From NCBI GenBank assembly GCA_036172245.1, contig JAYWIR010000039.1:744001-808000 (forward strand): a stretch of 64,000 bases of DNA, read 5' to 3'. The stretch is from Raillietiella orientalis (Eukaryota). Made by a program: the position numbers and the translations under genes. This document shows positions 36,901 through 48,524 of this stretch, piece after piece; position 1 is the stretch's first letter; every line of letters begins with the position of its first letter. The notes under the pieces were generated by a model. The model did not search any database, was not told the origin of the DNA, and saw only the letters and a list, made by a program, of their open reading frames with translations.

Positions 36901-38165
36901 GTGAGGCCTCCCGACGGAGTCGAAAGGTTCTTCACCACTCCTTGAAACCAAACAAGAACAACGACAAAGCTGGAAGGAAGTCGTCATGATGAGCATTCTG
37001 CTTCATGTGGCTTCCAACCACACCACCGATCCACAAGAGACGACTAAAAGCGCACGCGCGCCGAGGCGAAGAACGGCCTGGGAAACGTAATTTGGCACAG
37101 AAGGGCGTGCGGAAACCACCTTCTTCGAGGGAACCACGTGATGTGAAGTGAGACAGAAGAGCTTTTGAGAACATGGGCAAAGCTCGAGGAAGGTTCCGTG
37201 ATGGAACATGAGGCGAAATTGGGAACGAAGGAAGAAGACGCAATGTGAACAACGATCAGCGACGTTTGGATGGAAGGCTACGGAAGAGACTGCTTTAAAC
37301 TTGGGAGACGCAGAGCCTTTCGTATCTTCCAAATCCAGTGCGCAAGAGCAGAACTGAGAGAGCCGACCCGTTACGATGTCCGACAGAAGCTCTTTTCCGT
37401 GCTTCTCATTAGGAAATGATGAGGGGTTCTTTCCGATTTTCTTCAGACTACTTTGCTTGCCCAGTCCGCACAAAGAGCCCACTCCCGCTTGTGTCCCAAA
37501 GCAAAAAACAAGCTGCAGAGGAAGCAAGCACAGGGAAAGATCCGGTGAACAGCTGCGTCGCTTGTTGGTGCCGAGGGAATCCATGGAAATGCGTGCCCAG
37601 CTTTTGGATGGCGGGAAAAGTCGAGTCGCAGAACTTCAGCAGCTTTAGGAATTCAGGGGCGGCTCAACAGGTGCAGCCGGTGGGCCCCAAGCATCGTCTT
37701 CGGGTGGCGCTGCGAAGAGAGGAGTTGTCGCGCTTTCGGGAAGCGTGAAGCGAGTTCCAAAAAAACAGATGCCAGTCCGTTGCTTTGGGAGAGGAAGTGA
37801 GTGCACGTCTACCTCAGGTCAACACTGGCCGGCCGACTACCTCATGAGATCCTTCACAGACTGCGGAGCAGCCTCCGAGGCGAGTGAGCACCCTCCCTCC
37901 GCCGCCACCGGGGACCACGATCACGGCGAGGGTTTCGGTGGTCGTCAAGCCCGCAGAAAGGGGTGAGAAGGAGATGCCCACCAAGCCCGTCGGTCTCTGT
38001 TGTCGCGCTCCCCATGGGGAGGACGGCTACGCGTCCCTCCACTCCTCAGCATGCCCGGTCACCCCTCCCACGGGGGCGCTGCCACGAGGTGTGGAACGGG
38101 ACACTGGGTGGTCGGGCGTTTCTCCTCCGCAAGCTGGCGGATGACTGGTGGGCGCGGGAGCTTCC
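34000..38165 (-). mobile_element. Non-LTR copy E: 5' region, ORF1-like and APE endonuclease relic (no RT seen; may be interrupted near 35.2-36.2 kb)
   Basis: 5' region is homologous to F, C and D. ORF1-like VPSRNLPR...LLSHFTSRG...WIGG; EN-like DGEARLL, PILMAHSDF (GDFN), GRLRRFFLVS (RlDrffvS), STDHSII (SDH). Confidence 0.45.
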
Positions 38166-38526
38166 GGATGCCAGGACGCCAACTGCTCGCACCGAAGGTC
38201 TGACCCGGCTATGCGTGCGCGGACGAAGCAGCGACGCCCGCCTCCTCCCCTTCCGGTGAGCAACACGCGGCGGCGCTCTCCCTGCGCCGCTGTTTCCAGG
38301 ATACCACGGAGCAGCGCCTCTCGTCCCTCCGGAAACAGCCGCAGGTCGAAGGGCAGGACGTGGACGGACCTCCTCTGCCCGCTGTCCAAGTGCAGCGCGT
38401 GGCAGACGCGTCGCTGCTCCGTGCCGTTCCACGCCTTGGGGCGGCGCCCCGCAGGAGGGGCGACCGAGCGTGTCGAGGAGTGAGCAGAACGCGGTGCTGT
38501 CCTCCCCATGGGGAGCACAACGACAA
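37998..38526. repeat. Imperfect inverted repeat (arms ~37998-38100 and ~38422-38526)
   Basis: Both arms carry the 14-bp palindrome ctccccatggggag (38008-38021 and 38502-38515) and align over ~105 bp at roughly 70% identity; weaker homology extends outward to about 37810 and 38700. Confidence 0.9.
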
Positions 38527-41500
38527 TAGCCTTTTTGCATCCACTTCTGAGGTCGTGACGACCGAAAAAACCCCTCCGTGGTCGCCGTTCCTGGCGGCTT
38601 CCGAGGGAAAGGACTCGCTCACCTCGGGGCTGCTTCGCAGACTTTCCAAAGTCCCAAGACGATGCCCGGAGTGCTGAACCTGGAGGGAAGGATGTCCTCT
38701 AAGGGGGCCGCAGGGCGGGGTCACGTAGAGGTCGTTTCCACGTCAAGTGCTGTGTCGCCTCTTCCAGCTCAAGACTCCGACGATCTCCACGGCTATCCAG
38801 ACGACGAAGAGGAGGCGGAAGTGACGGTGAACCCCCGCGGCGTGTTTTCCCCTGCGGTGACCCTGCACCAGCTCCTTTTCCCCCCCTGCCCCCTCGTCTG
38901 AACCCCGTAGCATGGTCGCTGGAGGCCACGAGGAGGCGCTCCACCCCAAAGCGAACAGACGACTCGCCGCGCACCCGAGGTGCTCCGGAAGACGCGCACC
39001 GAAGGGCCAGGCCTGATCCGCGCCGCCTCTCGCCAGGCGGCGTGGACAAGCCTCGGCCTCCAGCGGGCGTCCTCGACCCAGCGCCGTCCTCGCGGGAAGG
39101 GCGACGCTGAGGAAGAGGCGCTTCGCAGCTCCCCCACCACGCCTCCGCAGCCGTCGAGGGGCCTGCATGGAAGCGCCAGTGCGCCCGTCCCTCCGAGCCG
39201 CTTCTCTCCCACACTCGCCCCGCCCTCTAAGGAAGGGGTAGGGGGGCGCCGTCCCCCTCGTTCCCGGCGGGACGTAGGCTCGGGGGTGACGGAGTCGCTC
39301 CCGCCTCCAGGCGGCACCTCTGCGCAGGCCTCTCCGGATCGGGCGGACCCTTCATCGCCCTCGGGAAGCTCCGAGGAAGGGGCGCTGGCCATCGCGAGCC
39401 CCGCCGCCACCGCAGAGGCTGCGACCGGTCCGCAGGGGACCAGCAAGGTGAGGCTGGGAAGCGCGGGCACTCCCGGAAGCGACGGGAGGGCGCTGATGGC
39501 TCCTCCCCCACTCCCGCGCTGCTCAGAGGCAGCAGAAGAAGCAGCAGGAGCAGCGGAGCCGCAGAAGGAGGTCGTCGTCGTCGTCTTCGCCGGCGGCGGG
39601 CGCCCAGGACACCAGGCGGCGCGCTCGGCGGGCGCCGTCGTCGTCGTCGCATCGTCAGCGCGGCCAGCCGCGGAGTCACCGCTCCAGGAAGTCGCCGCCC
39701 TCTTCGCCAAAGAGGGCACCGGTGGCGGCGGCGGCTTCCCCGGCCGCGACGGAGGCGCCCAAGAAGAGGCCCTCCAGGAGGAAAGGTCTGCCCCGCTTCT
39801 TTGATTTTCCGGCCGGCTCCCCGGGCGGTCCCAGGCGCCGGGGGACGTCCTGACGACGCGCGAGGGGGCAACGGCAGGGGAAAAGTGGGAGGTCTGAGGG
39901 GGGGGAAAGAAGGCGAGTGCAAGAGCCACCACCGGCTCGTCCAGCCGGATACTGATCCGAGATCACTCTGTGTAGATGAGCAGGAATTAAAGAGTGATCC
40001 CCTGCTGCAGCAGCTGGGGACCAACGACCATCTGGCGACGGAGCTGCCTGGGTACAACTGGCTGGAGGAAAAGATCCGCCGCCTGTCCAGGAACAGCGAC
40101 GGGACTCTCGAGACGGGATCGGCGCCCTCCGAAGAGGAGCCGCTCCGTGGGGCATCCGGGAAAGCGGGCGGTCCAACGTACCGCACTTCCGGCGACCCCG
40201 AGCAGGATGAAGACCTCCAGTAAGCGTCTGTGGAGTGAAGGGAGGGGGGAACTCCCTCCCACTCTTCCCACCCCGCTCCCTGGATGTTCCTGGGAAGGCG
40301 GAGAGCACGCGCGCTCGCGGTCCGTCAGGACGCGCCCGCGGTCCGAGCGCTCCCGTCCCGCCCTGCGACCGGAGGCGTCCACGAGGCAGGAGCGCAAGCG
40401 TGCCTCCTGCGCAGACCTCCGGGACCCCCACGTTTTTGTTTCCATCCCTCCCTCTTCCCCACGCCCTTCTTCCCAGCTCCGCCGGAGACCCCCTACCCTT
40501 CTGTACATCTTTCCCAGGATGCCCTCGAGTCTTCCCTCCGGCTGCATCGCTCTTAAGGGCGCGTCCTGTGACTCTCCGCCCTACGAGAGATCCAAGGAGC
40601 AGCAGGCGGAAGCCTCGTCTGACCACCCCTCCGAGGAGGAGCCCAAGGGCTCCATTCTCCAGCATCCAGAGCCCGCATCTGCAGCCGGCACGACGGAGAA
40701 TCTTCCCGAGTACGGCGAGGACTCCGACTGTGGTAAGTAGGAGGAGACCCAGCCGCTCCCTTTCCCGTCGACCCGCAAGACTCACTCTCGGCTTCCGGAA
40801 AGGGTTCGATGCCGAAAATGGCGTACCTGGAAGGCGCTCCACCGGTCGTGGCCGACGCTCTGACCTCCGGCTCGGCGAACGCCTCCCCACGTTTCCCCAC
40901 TACGCGTCCTCACAGTCAGAGTAAGGGGGGAGGGGCTCCGCCGACGCTCGGGAGGGCGCGGTCTCACGGCCACCCGATCTGGCGCGCCCTCCGTGGCCAA
41001 CTCTTCTGCTCCGAGAGCGGACCCTCGCCTGGACATGCGCCGCTCCTAGAAGAGCGCCTTCCCGCAGAGGTGGCTCACCGCGTGGGCCCCCGTGGCCATG
41101 GTCGCGGGTTCGGATCCGCTCGGCGGGATGCACTTTCTCCGAGGAAAGGAACCGCTGGCGAAGAGGACCGCACCGCGCGGAAGTTGACTCGCGGTTCCCA
41201 ACTTCCGCTTCCGCACTCCTTGCCCTCATATCCGGAAGCCGTCCGCGCGCGCGGATTGGCGCCGCACGTGGGTGGGTGTTCCTCTCACGGCTGCGAGGAT
41301 CACCTGCCGGGGCTGGGGAAACGTAATTGTTCAGGCAGTTTCCTTGACCGAGAAGTGAATCAAGCAAAGCAGTGCCTAAGGGCGACCTCACTGCGCTTCC
41401 TCGAAGGTAGCGGAGCGGCCTGAACGACCCTGCTGGAGCACTGAAGCTCTTGCCGGTCCTTGAGTGCCACTGGGACTGCACAGAAGACAAGGACTTTGAA

Positions 41501-42720
41501 ATGAAGTCTTTTGTTTTTTTTTCTTTTTTCGCACAGGGTGAAGCGCGTGGTTTGCGCATTTCCCCTCGGGCAGTTCCCAGGTCATTTATCTTGCAATTTT
41601 GTGCGCGATGATCTGTCGTCACCGTGGCGGTTGTGGAGAAAATACCAGCAGTCATTCCAGTAGCCGTTTTCAGAAGCCGGAAGGTCGTTCATGTGTTTTC
41701 CATGTGCAGCCATTCCTTAGAAAAAGGAAATTTTGTTGATTCCCGTTGGAACCCACGCTCCCTTTGCTCGCAGGCAGTCTCTCATTCCCTCTTCTCGCTC
41801 TCCTGCTCCGGCATCTGTCGTTGTTTCGGGTTTTAGAGATCAAAGTACTGGAGTTTTCGATGGATACGAGGGACTGACCGCTTGGCATGCATTCCGCGGG
41901 AGAGGTCTTTCGGTCTCTGGATCGCCTTGGTAGCCTTCCGCGATGCGCTCCGCACTTCGGTGTGCTCCCTAGGAATGAAGATCGCCTCTTCTGCGCCGTG
42001 TCTCCCGTAGGGCTTCGGTGCCGTCGAGGTCGCAGCTCTGGCGAAGCATCTCCAGCCACGCTGCTTTCATTCCTTGTTGCTGCTCCCTTTGAGAAAGCCA
42101 GATAGACCTGGTAGACAAACGCTTCCCGTCCGAAACTCCCGACTCTCTCGGTCCTGGTCTTGTGCTCGATTTGTGCCTCCTTGCTGGTGATCATCTGGAG
42201 CCCACCGTTCTGTCCGAAGTGCGGCGTGCGCACTTCAGGCGCCTGCGCTGCCACCAGCAGCTACCTTCCTCCCAAACAACCGGCAAGAGAAAACGAGTGG
42301 GCGCGTTCCTCCGTGGGAATTTCCTCCTTCCGTCTTTGCTTCCCTGGGCTGTTCGTTTCATTTCCACGGAGTCGCCACCCAGGATCCGCCGCATCCTCGT
42401 TGGAATCTCCTCCTGTCTGAAGATCCCCATGCCAGAAAGGATCTGTCCAGTCAGTGCGGTAGCCCGCCGGGAGGAATCCCGTTGGCGTCCTCTTTCCATT
42501 TTCTTTCTTTTCCCTGTTTTCTCCTAGCGACGAAGATACGTTTCCGACCTTTCCGAGATGCCTTCGCAATCCGGGAAGACCGCCATTTGCTCTGCACGCC
42601 CCTCCAGCTGCAAGTGGCCCTCTGCTTCTTCCGAGCGTGCGAAAGCAGCCGTCGTCCACCCGGCTTTCCACATCCTCAGTTTGCCGAGAACTTTTATGAC
42701 GAGCGAACTTCTTGTCAAAT
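38365..42720 (+). mobile_element. Non-LTR copy F: 5' region, GC-rich ORF1-like region and APE endonuclease relic (no RT seen)
   Basis: 5' region is an inverted homologue of E. LPHSL...GGCSSHGCEDH (ORF1 knuckle-like, ~41270), CLLAGDHL (GDFN), PRIRRILVG (RIDrilvs), RWRPLS (WklN). Followed by an A-rich then a T-rich tract at 42729-42812. Confidence 0.45.
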
Positions 42721-45548
42721 TCATCTCTAAAAAAAAAAAGAAAGAAAGAAAAGCCTCACAGATGACCTCTCATTATCTTTTTGTTTTGTTTTGCTTTGTT
42801 TTTCCTTTTTTCGCGTAGTCTTGAAAGTGCACCTCATTGACTCCCAATGAGAAAACTGCTTGCTGTAAGGCTTCATTTCAACGCTGTGACCTTTGCTTTC
42901 ATGGGCTCCCTAGGGAGACGACACCTTTCACCACTTTTGCCTAGGTGGGAGCCTTCTGTCTTCACCATCTCAGTAGCCCCTGTTTCCACCATCTTATCGT
43001 GCATTCCACTGTTCATCTCGCTGACTACCCCCTGCGCGAAAACAACGCTGTCTCTGTCCAAGAGGAGCAGCGCTCCCGATACGTTTTTCTGTTGCTAGCT
43101 GAGTTCTTGTCGACTAAAAGTCCTCTTGCGCTGCTTGTCCAGCGTCTATGAGGCGGATGTGTAGCCGATCTGGGGTTCGCTTTGAGGGAAGCAGAATGAA
43201 ACTGTTCCCTTGGTTGGAATCCTTTTCGGACCTGGGGCTGCTCCATTGCTTCAGCGTCAGACTCGGCTCCGTTTCGGCAGAAACACAGAGTCCTTTATAC
43301 ACTCGGCACCCCTGCTTTCCACTGGGATCGTGCGACGAGGCTTTTGCGAATTTGTCCTGCCAAGCGTGGAATTTCACCCGGAGCCATGACTGCTTGCGGA
43401 TCAATTAGCGGGTTCATACAACCAGGAACGAGGTCGTCTCTCTTTCCATGAAAGAATCACAGTTGTCCCCATTGCTGTATCCTTTTTCCTTGTTTCCATG
43501 GTTTCCTCTTTCCATCGCGACCACTTGAGTGCACCTTTCTGAGTGTCTTTTGAAATGAACATGACCAGAACTTCATCGCGATGCCGCATTTCCCAGAAAT
43601 CGCTCCCAGAGTCGAAGCTCATCCCTTTCTTGGTCATTAGAGGATCAAGGACCTCAGCTGAAATCTTCAGAGAATTTCTGGGCAGAGATCTGCGTATTAA
43701 GAGAAGTCGTTTTTCTTCTTCTTTTTGGCCTTGAGTCCCCGCCACAGCAGCTGCTGCATCCAGTGCTTGGCGCAGAAGAATTCTATGTCTTCGGTTTGCT
43801 CTTACAGAAAGAATTCATCTCTTTTAAAACACCGCAAGCCTTAGCAAAGTTGAAAGTTGACCGTTGCTTGAGCGGCGGAGCGTTTGGGATGAAGGTGCGC
43901 GCGATGCTGGAATTTTGGAATCCTCACAGGGGTGTTCCGACAGCGGGAAAAAACAAGGCGCAGGAAGTCTCAGAAGAACCTAGAATTTCTAAAGCACTAT
44001 GAGCATTGAGAAAACAAGATTGCAAAAGAGGTGAAAATACCACCAACTACTAGAGATGAAGCTCCGTATCGGTAGTCAGGTTGCAACCACGTCAACAGCG
44101 TTTCCCCTTTCATGTTCTTTTTTTTTTTCAAAAGTTTTACCCTGTCTTCATCAGCTCTCCTGGTCCGCGTTCCAGCAGCACCCTTTTAACAGAAATACCG
44201 ACTTAGTTCGCAAACACAGACATCTCGATGCTTCAGAAGTGCTTGAGGATCGCAAAACTCGCGGCGACGACATCTCTCGACAACGAACAGAGCACATGCC
44301 AACCTTCGTTGCTCTGAGCTTCCATGTCCACGCAAGGGTCGCAGTGCTGCGAGACCCAGTCCAGATATCGAGCAGCAGAGGAGTGTCAATTCCAACGCGC
44401 AGATGCGGAGCAAACAGGGAAGGAAGGAGGCAGCAGCACGTCCGCAAAGACCGCGGGTCAGAAGTGAAGACCGGCGATCTGCAACCTGATTCCTCTTGCT
44501 CCGCTGCGAGTCTGAAGGCTTCCGTCGCAGCAACCGCTGCGGATTCGTCGCTTGCTTTGACCTGCCACCGAGTCTCCTTCTTTCTTTCCCTTTCTTTTTT
44601 TTTCTCCCTTCTGCACGTGACTCACCAGATTCGGTCTGCTGCGGATGCAAAACGCCATCGATCAAAAACGAAGATACTCCCGTTGGGTTCGGTTCGATCT
44701 TACTTTCGCTTTCCATTTTCTGCTCCATGCTCGCACGATTGTGTCTGTCATAAACGTGAAAGACGATAAGGAAGAAGGACGACAAAGTGGCAGCACACCA
44801 AAAATTCCTGGAATGGTACTCCTAGAGAAATACTCGTCTGAGAAATCGATAAGTCTGGTCACGTGTCTTTGGAATGATGGAAAGCAGAGCGAGCATCCTT
44901 CCAGAGATAGCTCGCATCCGCACCGGTTCAGGAGAATTTTGAAAGGCCCTACAGAGTTGCCCCTTCTCGAGGAAGCTGTCGTATGTGCATGACTCAGGAA
45001 TCCAGGGGAGAGCTCATGCTCGTAAACACAGCCGAAGCGGTGTCACGGCGGGTAGGGATAGTGAAAATTTCCAGTACCATGGAGAAGATGCAGTCTGGGA
45101 ATGCAAGGCATTTCGGGAGAGGCAAATCTGTCCTTCCGCGCGAAGAAGCGCACCTGCGATTCTTCCTTGACGGGCTCACGTGCGTCTGCCAACACACAGA
45201 AGGCACGGGAATCCCCAAAAGGAACTCCCCTCAGTGGTAACAGTCAACGATGGAAAGTGACACCATCGACCGGAGGGTTGGTTCTGTTCTTTGCGAGTTT
45301 CAAATGAGAGTTTCCGCATTTGCGTTTGCCGCGTAGCCTTCCTTCCCTGCTATCTGGTAGTTGCCTCCTTAAAACGCATGCGTCCAATCTGCGTGTTTCG
45401 TGTTTCAGTGTCCGAAGAGGCCCCTGATCTGGCCCAGTTTAGAGATGTCAATTGCCATGCTTTTGAAAGTTCCAAAACGCCAGCATTCTATTTATTTCAT
45501 CATGAGCGGAAGTTCCTATGCAATTTTCTCAAAACGTGACACTGACCC

Positions 45549-45700
45549 ACCTAAATCACCATTGTCTACCCTAACCTTGCCTATAACTAACCTGATCTAA
45601 TCTAATCTACCCTACCGTAACCTTATCCTTATCCAAACTAACCTGACCTACCCTACCCTACCCTAACCTTGCCCCTAGCCAACCTAATGTAACCTAATCT
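45549..45700 (+). repeat. Degenerate (CCTAA)n / TTAGG-like pentamer tract
   Basis: Run of cctaa/ctaac/cctac/tctaa pentamers, e.g. ctaacctgacctaccctaccctaccctaacctt. Confidence 0.8.
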
Positions 45701-48009
45701 GAGAAAGTATGTAGCTCTTGGAATGTTCATAAACCACGCAGCGCTTCGATGGTTTGCGTGCCTCTTGGATAGTCTTTCTTCTAAAATCTTGGTCGAGCTC
45801 GTTTATTCACTCAGCTTGTTTTCTCTTTCTTCCGGATGTCTTCTCCTAAACCGGTGCTTTCCTCTTCTCCGAAGCACAGATCGCACTAAGCAACGGATGC
45901 AATGAATGCACAACTCTACCTTCTTGAGGTACGACTGCAACGAAAGATCTAGAACAGAGGGATGACAGCAAAACATTCTGTAGCACCCTTGTGAGCAAAT
46001 AATAATAATAAAAAAAAGAATTGAACTTCCAAGGAAACATAAGCAAAGGATCTCTTTGGTCAAGAGAAACAATCATTGAATCCTCATTTGAATTCTAGAT
46101 GGTTTTCACAGGAGTGGAATAAGGTGGGAACCAGAAAGATTGACAAAGGACGCAGTTGAGCAAAGGCAGCGCAAAATCATTCATGAGGACCGCGGATACT
46201 TCTACCAAATCAGATTAGATAAGGTCGTCGGGATCGCAAGGCTCTTACCAGTTCCTTAGAGAGTTTTCATTTCCGTTCTTCGGCTGTCTGGAGACGGAAC
46301 CATGGAGGCTGCTACCCCACGGATCGCTAGAACAGGATGCATTGTCCTTTGGCTGCGAGTCTGTTTTGGAACAGCAAACGGCAGAGCACATTCTGAACAT
46401 TCGGCACGGAATGGTTTTTCCAACCGCGAGCAAAGGCGACCAGATCCAAAAGAAGCGGGAATTACTGAACGCAGATCATAAGCGCTAAGTGATCCTGGAG
46501 CTTCCTGCTACAAGTTGTCATAAATCGTTGAAACGCCGGCGCCAATTTCCAATCGAAACTGATCTTTGGGAAACAGGGAAACTTCCAAGGGCAGCACGAG
46601 GGCGATTTGCAGCTTGCGATGGGGTCCTCCGACGCATTGAGGACCTCCGACATTCACTCTAGCAACCCGGAAACCTTTGGGACTCTCTCGATTCCGGATT
46701 CTGCGCGGTTTGCGAGACTAGAGGCTGCTCGACGGATTGTCCACCCACACGCAACCGTCCAGCTCCGGGGCAGATGCCCAGCACTCGGGGAAAGGTGGAG
46801 TCTGCGGTTCCCGTCAGCCGTCTCCGAGCCGGCGGCTCTCCGGAATTCATCTGCTTGCTGACGGATGCCTCTTATGAACGCGTGCCTCCACGGCTGTCGC
46901 TCTGCTCGCAGCTTCCCTCACGAGCCACACACGAGGAAACTCTGCATTCAGTGCTTTTGCATGCAGTGTCGGCAGTGGCATCCAAGCGGTGAACCGTCAT
47001 GTGCAGGCTGAGACTCGGGTGCAAAGCCCAAGGATGATCTGTTTCCTGACGCAAAATGAGCCGCCAATAAAAATGGTGTTCTTCCGGAGTAACCTCGGCC
47101 ATCTGGGAATGGGGTATCAAGCAGTGCTGCATTCGCGGAGGTCGGGAGAGTGTGAACGAACGCCGCATCGTCTGGATCGAAGCATCCAAAAGAGCTGAAT
47201 CCGGACTGTGGAAAGAGGTGATCGTGCGGTGTCCTCATTTCCCGGAACCACATTTTTTTCGTGACCACTTTTTGGTGGATGCCGGGCAGAGGTCGCTACG
47301 CCTGCGCTCAGTGGGAAAGAACACGTGCGAGGTGCAGGTGGCTAGGCCGTCACGGCAACCTTCCGCCCTTGTCTTCCAGGCTGTCGTGTCTTAAGGCAGA
47401 CCACGAATACGTGTTTGGGAACATCAAAGGGAGAGCACGTGAAACGTGTGTGAAGAGCAGTTTCCCGGGTGATACCGAAACAGGGATAGCCCCTGTCCCG
47501 GTTTGATCGCTGCAGGGCAAATCCAAGCAGTGGGGAGAGTGCCGGAGGAAAAAAGTCCCGTTACGACCCACAAACACAGCTACCCCCGTTTGACACGTAT
47601 CCTCATCCTCCGCGGCAGCGCAAAACTCCACCGACGCTCCCGATGAATTACTCCCGCTCAGGCGCTCAGGAAAACTCGCTCGACTGAGTTCGCGAACCAC
47701 CTGTGTTGTCGCACGACGGCCTTTCCTTCGGTTTCGAGTGTTTCTTCCTCAGTAAACCAAACACTCTTCCACGAGTCCTGAAGTCTGGAGCACGGGAACT
47801 CTGATACGCAGGTCGGTGGCTAAGGAGAGAAGGAGCGCTCAGCACGGGGGAAGTTAAGCGGGCAATTCATGAGAAAAAACTGCTTGCTTGACCTTTTGGC
47901 GACCCCAGCCATGGTGGTTTCGGCCTCCGTGAGAGCAAAATGACTGCTTTTGCGTGCAGAAGCAGTAACAGCAGTCTAAGAAGTTGGCTGTCATGTTGTG
48001 CGCTTCCAG

Positions 48010-48524
48010 ACGGCGCCTCCAACGGGAACGCCGAGAATCTGGATCGCGACGAAGCCGAGCTCGACTCCATCTTGGCAAACCTGCCCCCGCCGCTGATACG
48101 CATGTCCAAAAGAAAGTTCTCCCAGATGCAGCAGGAGTATGTGGAAAGCAAGAAAGGCGGAACTCTCGACGGCGTCTTCACGAACGAAGGTAAGAAGGTA
48201 GGGGAAGGTTATTGGTCTTTTTCAAAGAGGCACAAACCAGGTCTTCATGCAGAAACGCAATGCGCGAAAAAGAGGAAGAACGAAACGTTTGGTAAGATCC
48301 TGGAGGAGACCTACTTGACCTGCATCATGAACATCAGCAAGCTTTTGTCTGAAAAGAGAGCGAGGCTCCTCAACGTGGAGCATGAAACCACGTTCCAGCT
48401 CCGGAAGCTGGCCAGCATCTTGAAGAACAACAAGGAGCTCTTGTACGAGCTCCAGCTGAACATGCTGGAACTGCAGAAGCTCAAGATGAAGGCGGACGAG
48501 CTGACGAAGGAACTAATGCTGTAA
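48010..48524 (+). CDS. Terminal exon(s) of an unknown coiled-coil protein gene; probable small intron 48190-48252
   Basis: Acceptor gcttccag ends at 48009. Stop-free, GC3-biased reading frame with a heptad-like C-terminus (LRKLASILKNNKELLYELQLNMLELQKLKMKADELTKELML*). Donor gtaag at 48190 and acceptor catgcag at 48252 are phase-compatible. Upstream exons not identified. Confidence 0.55.

Noticed and set aside
38700..41400. Many long overlapping ORFs on both strands
   Set aside because: Expected from very high GC content; no single frame stands out apart from the short segments noted.
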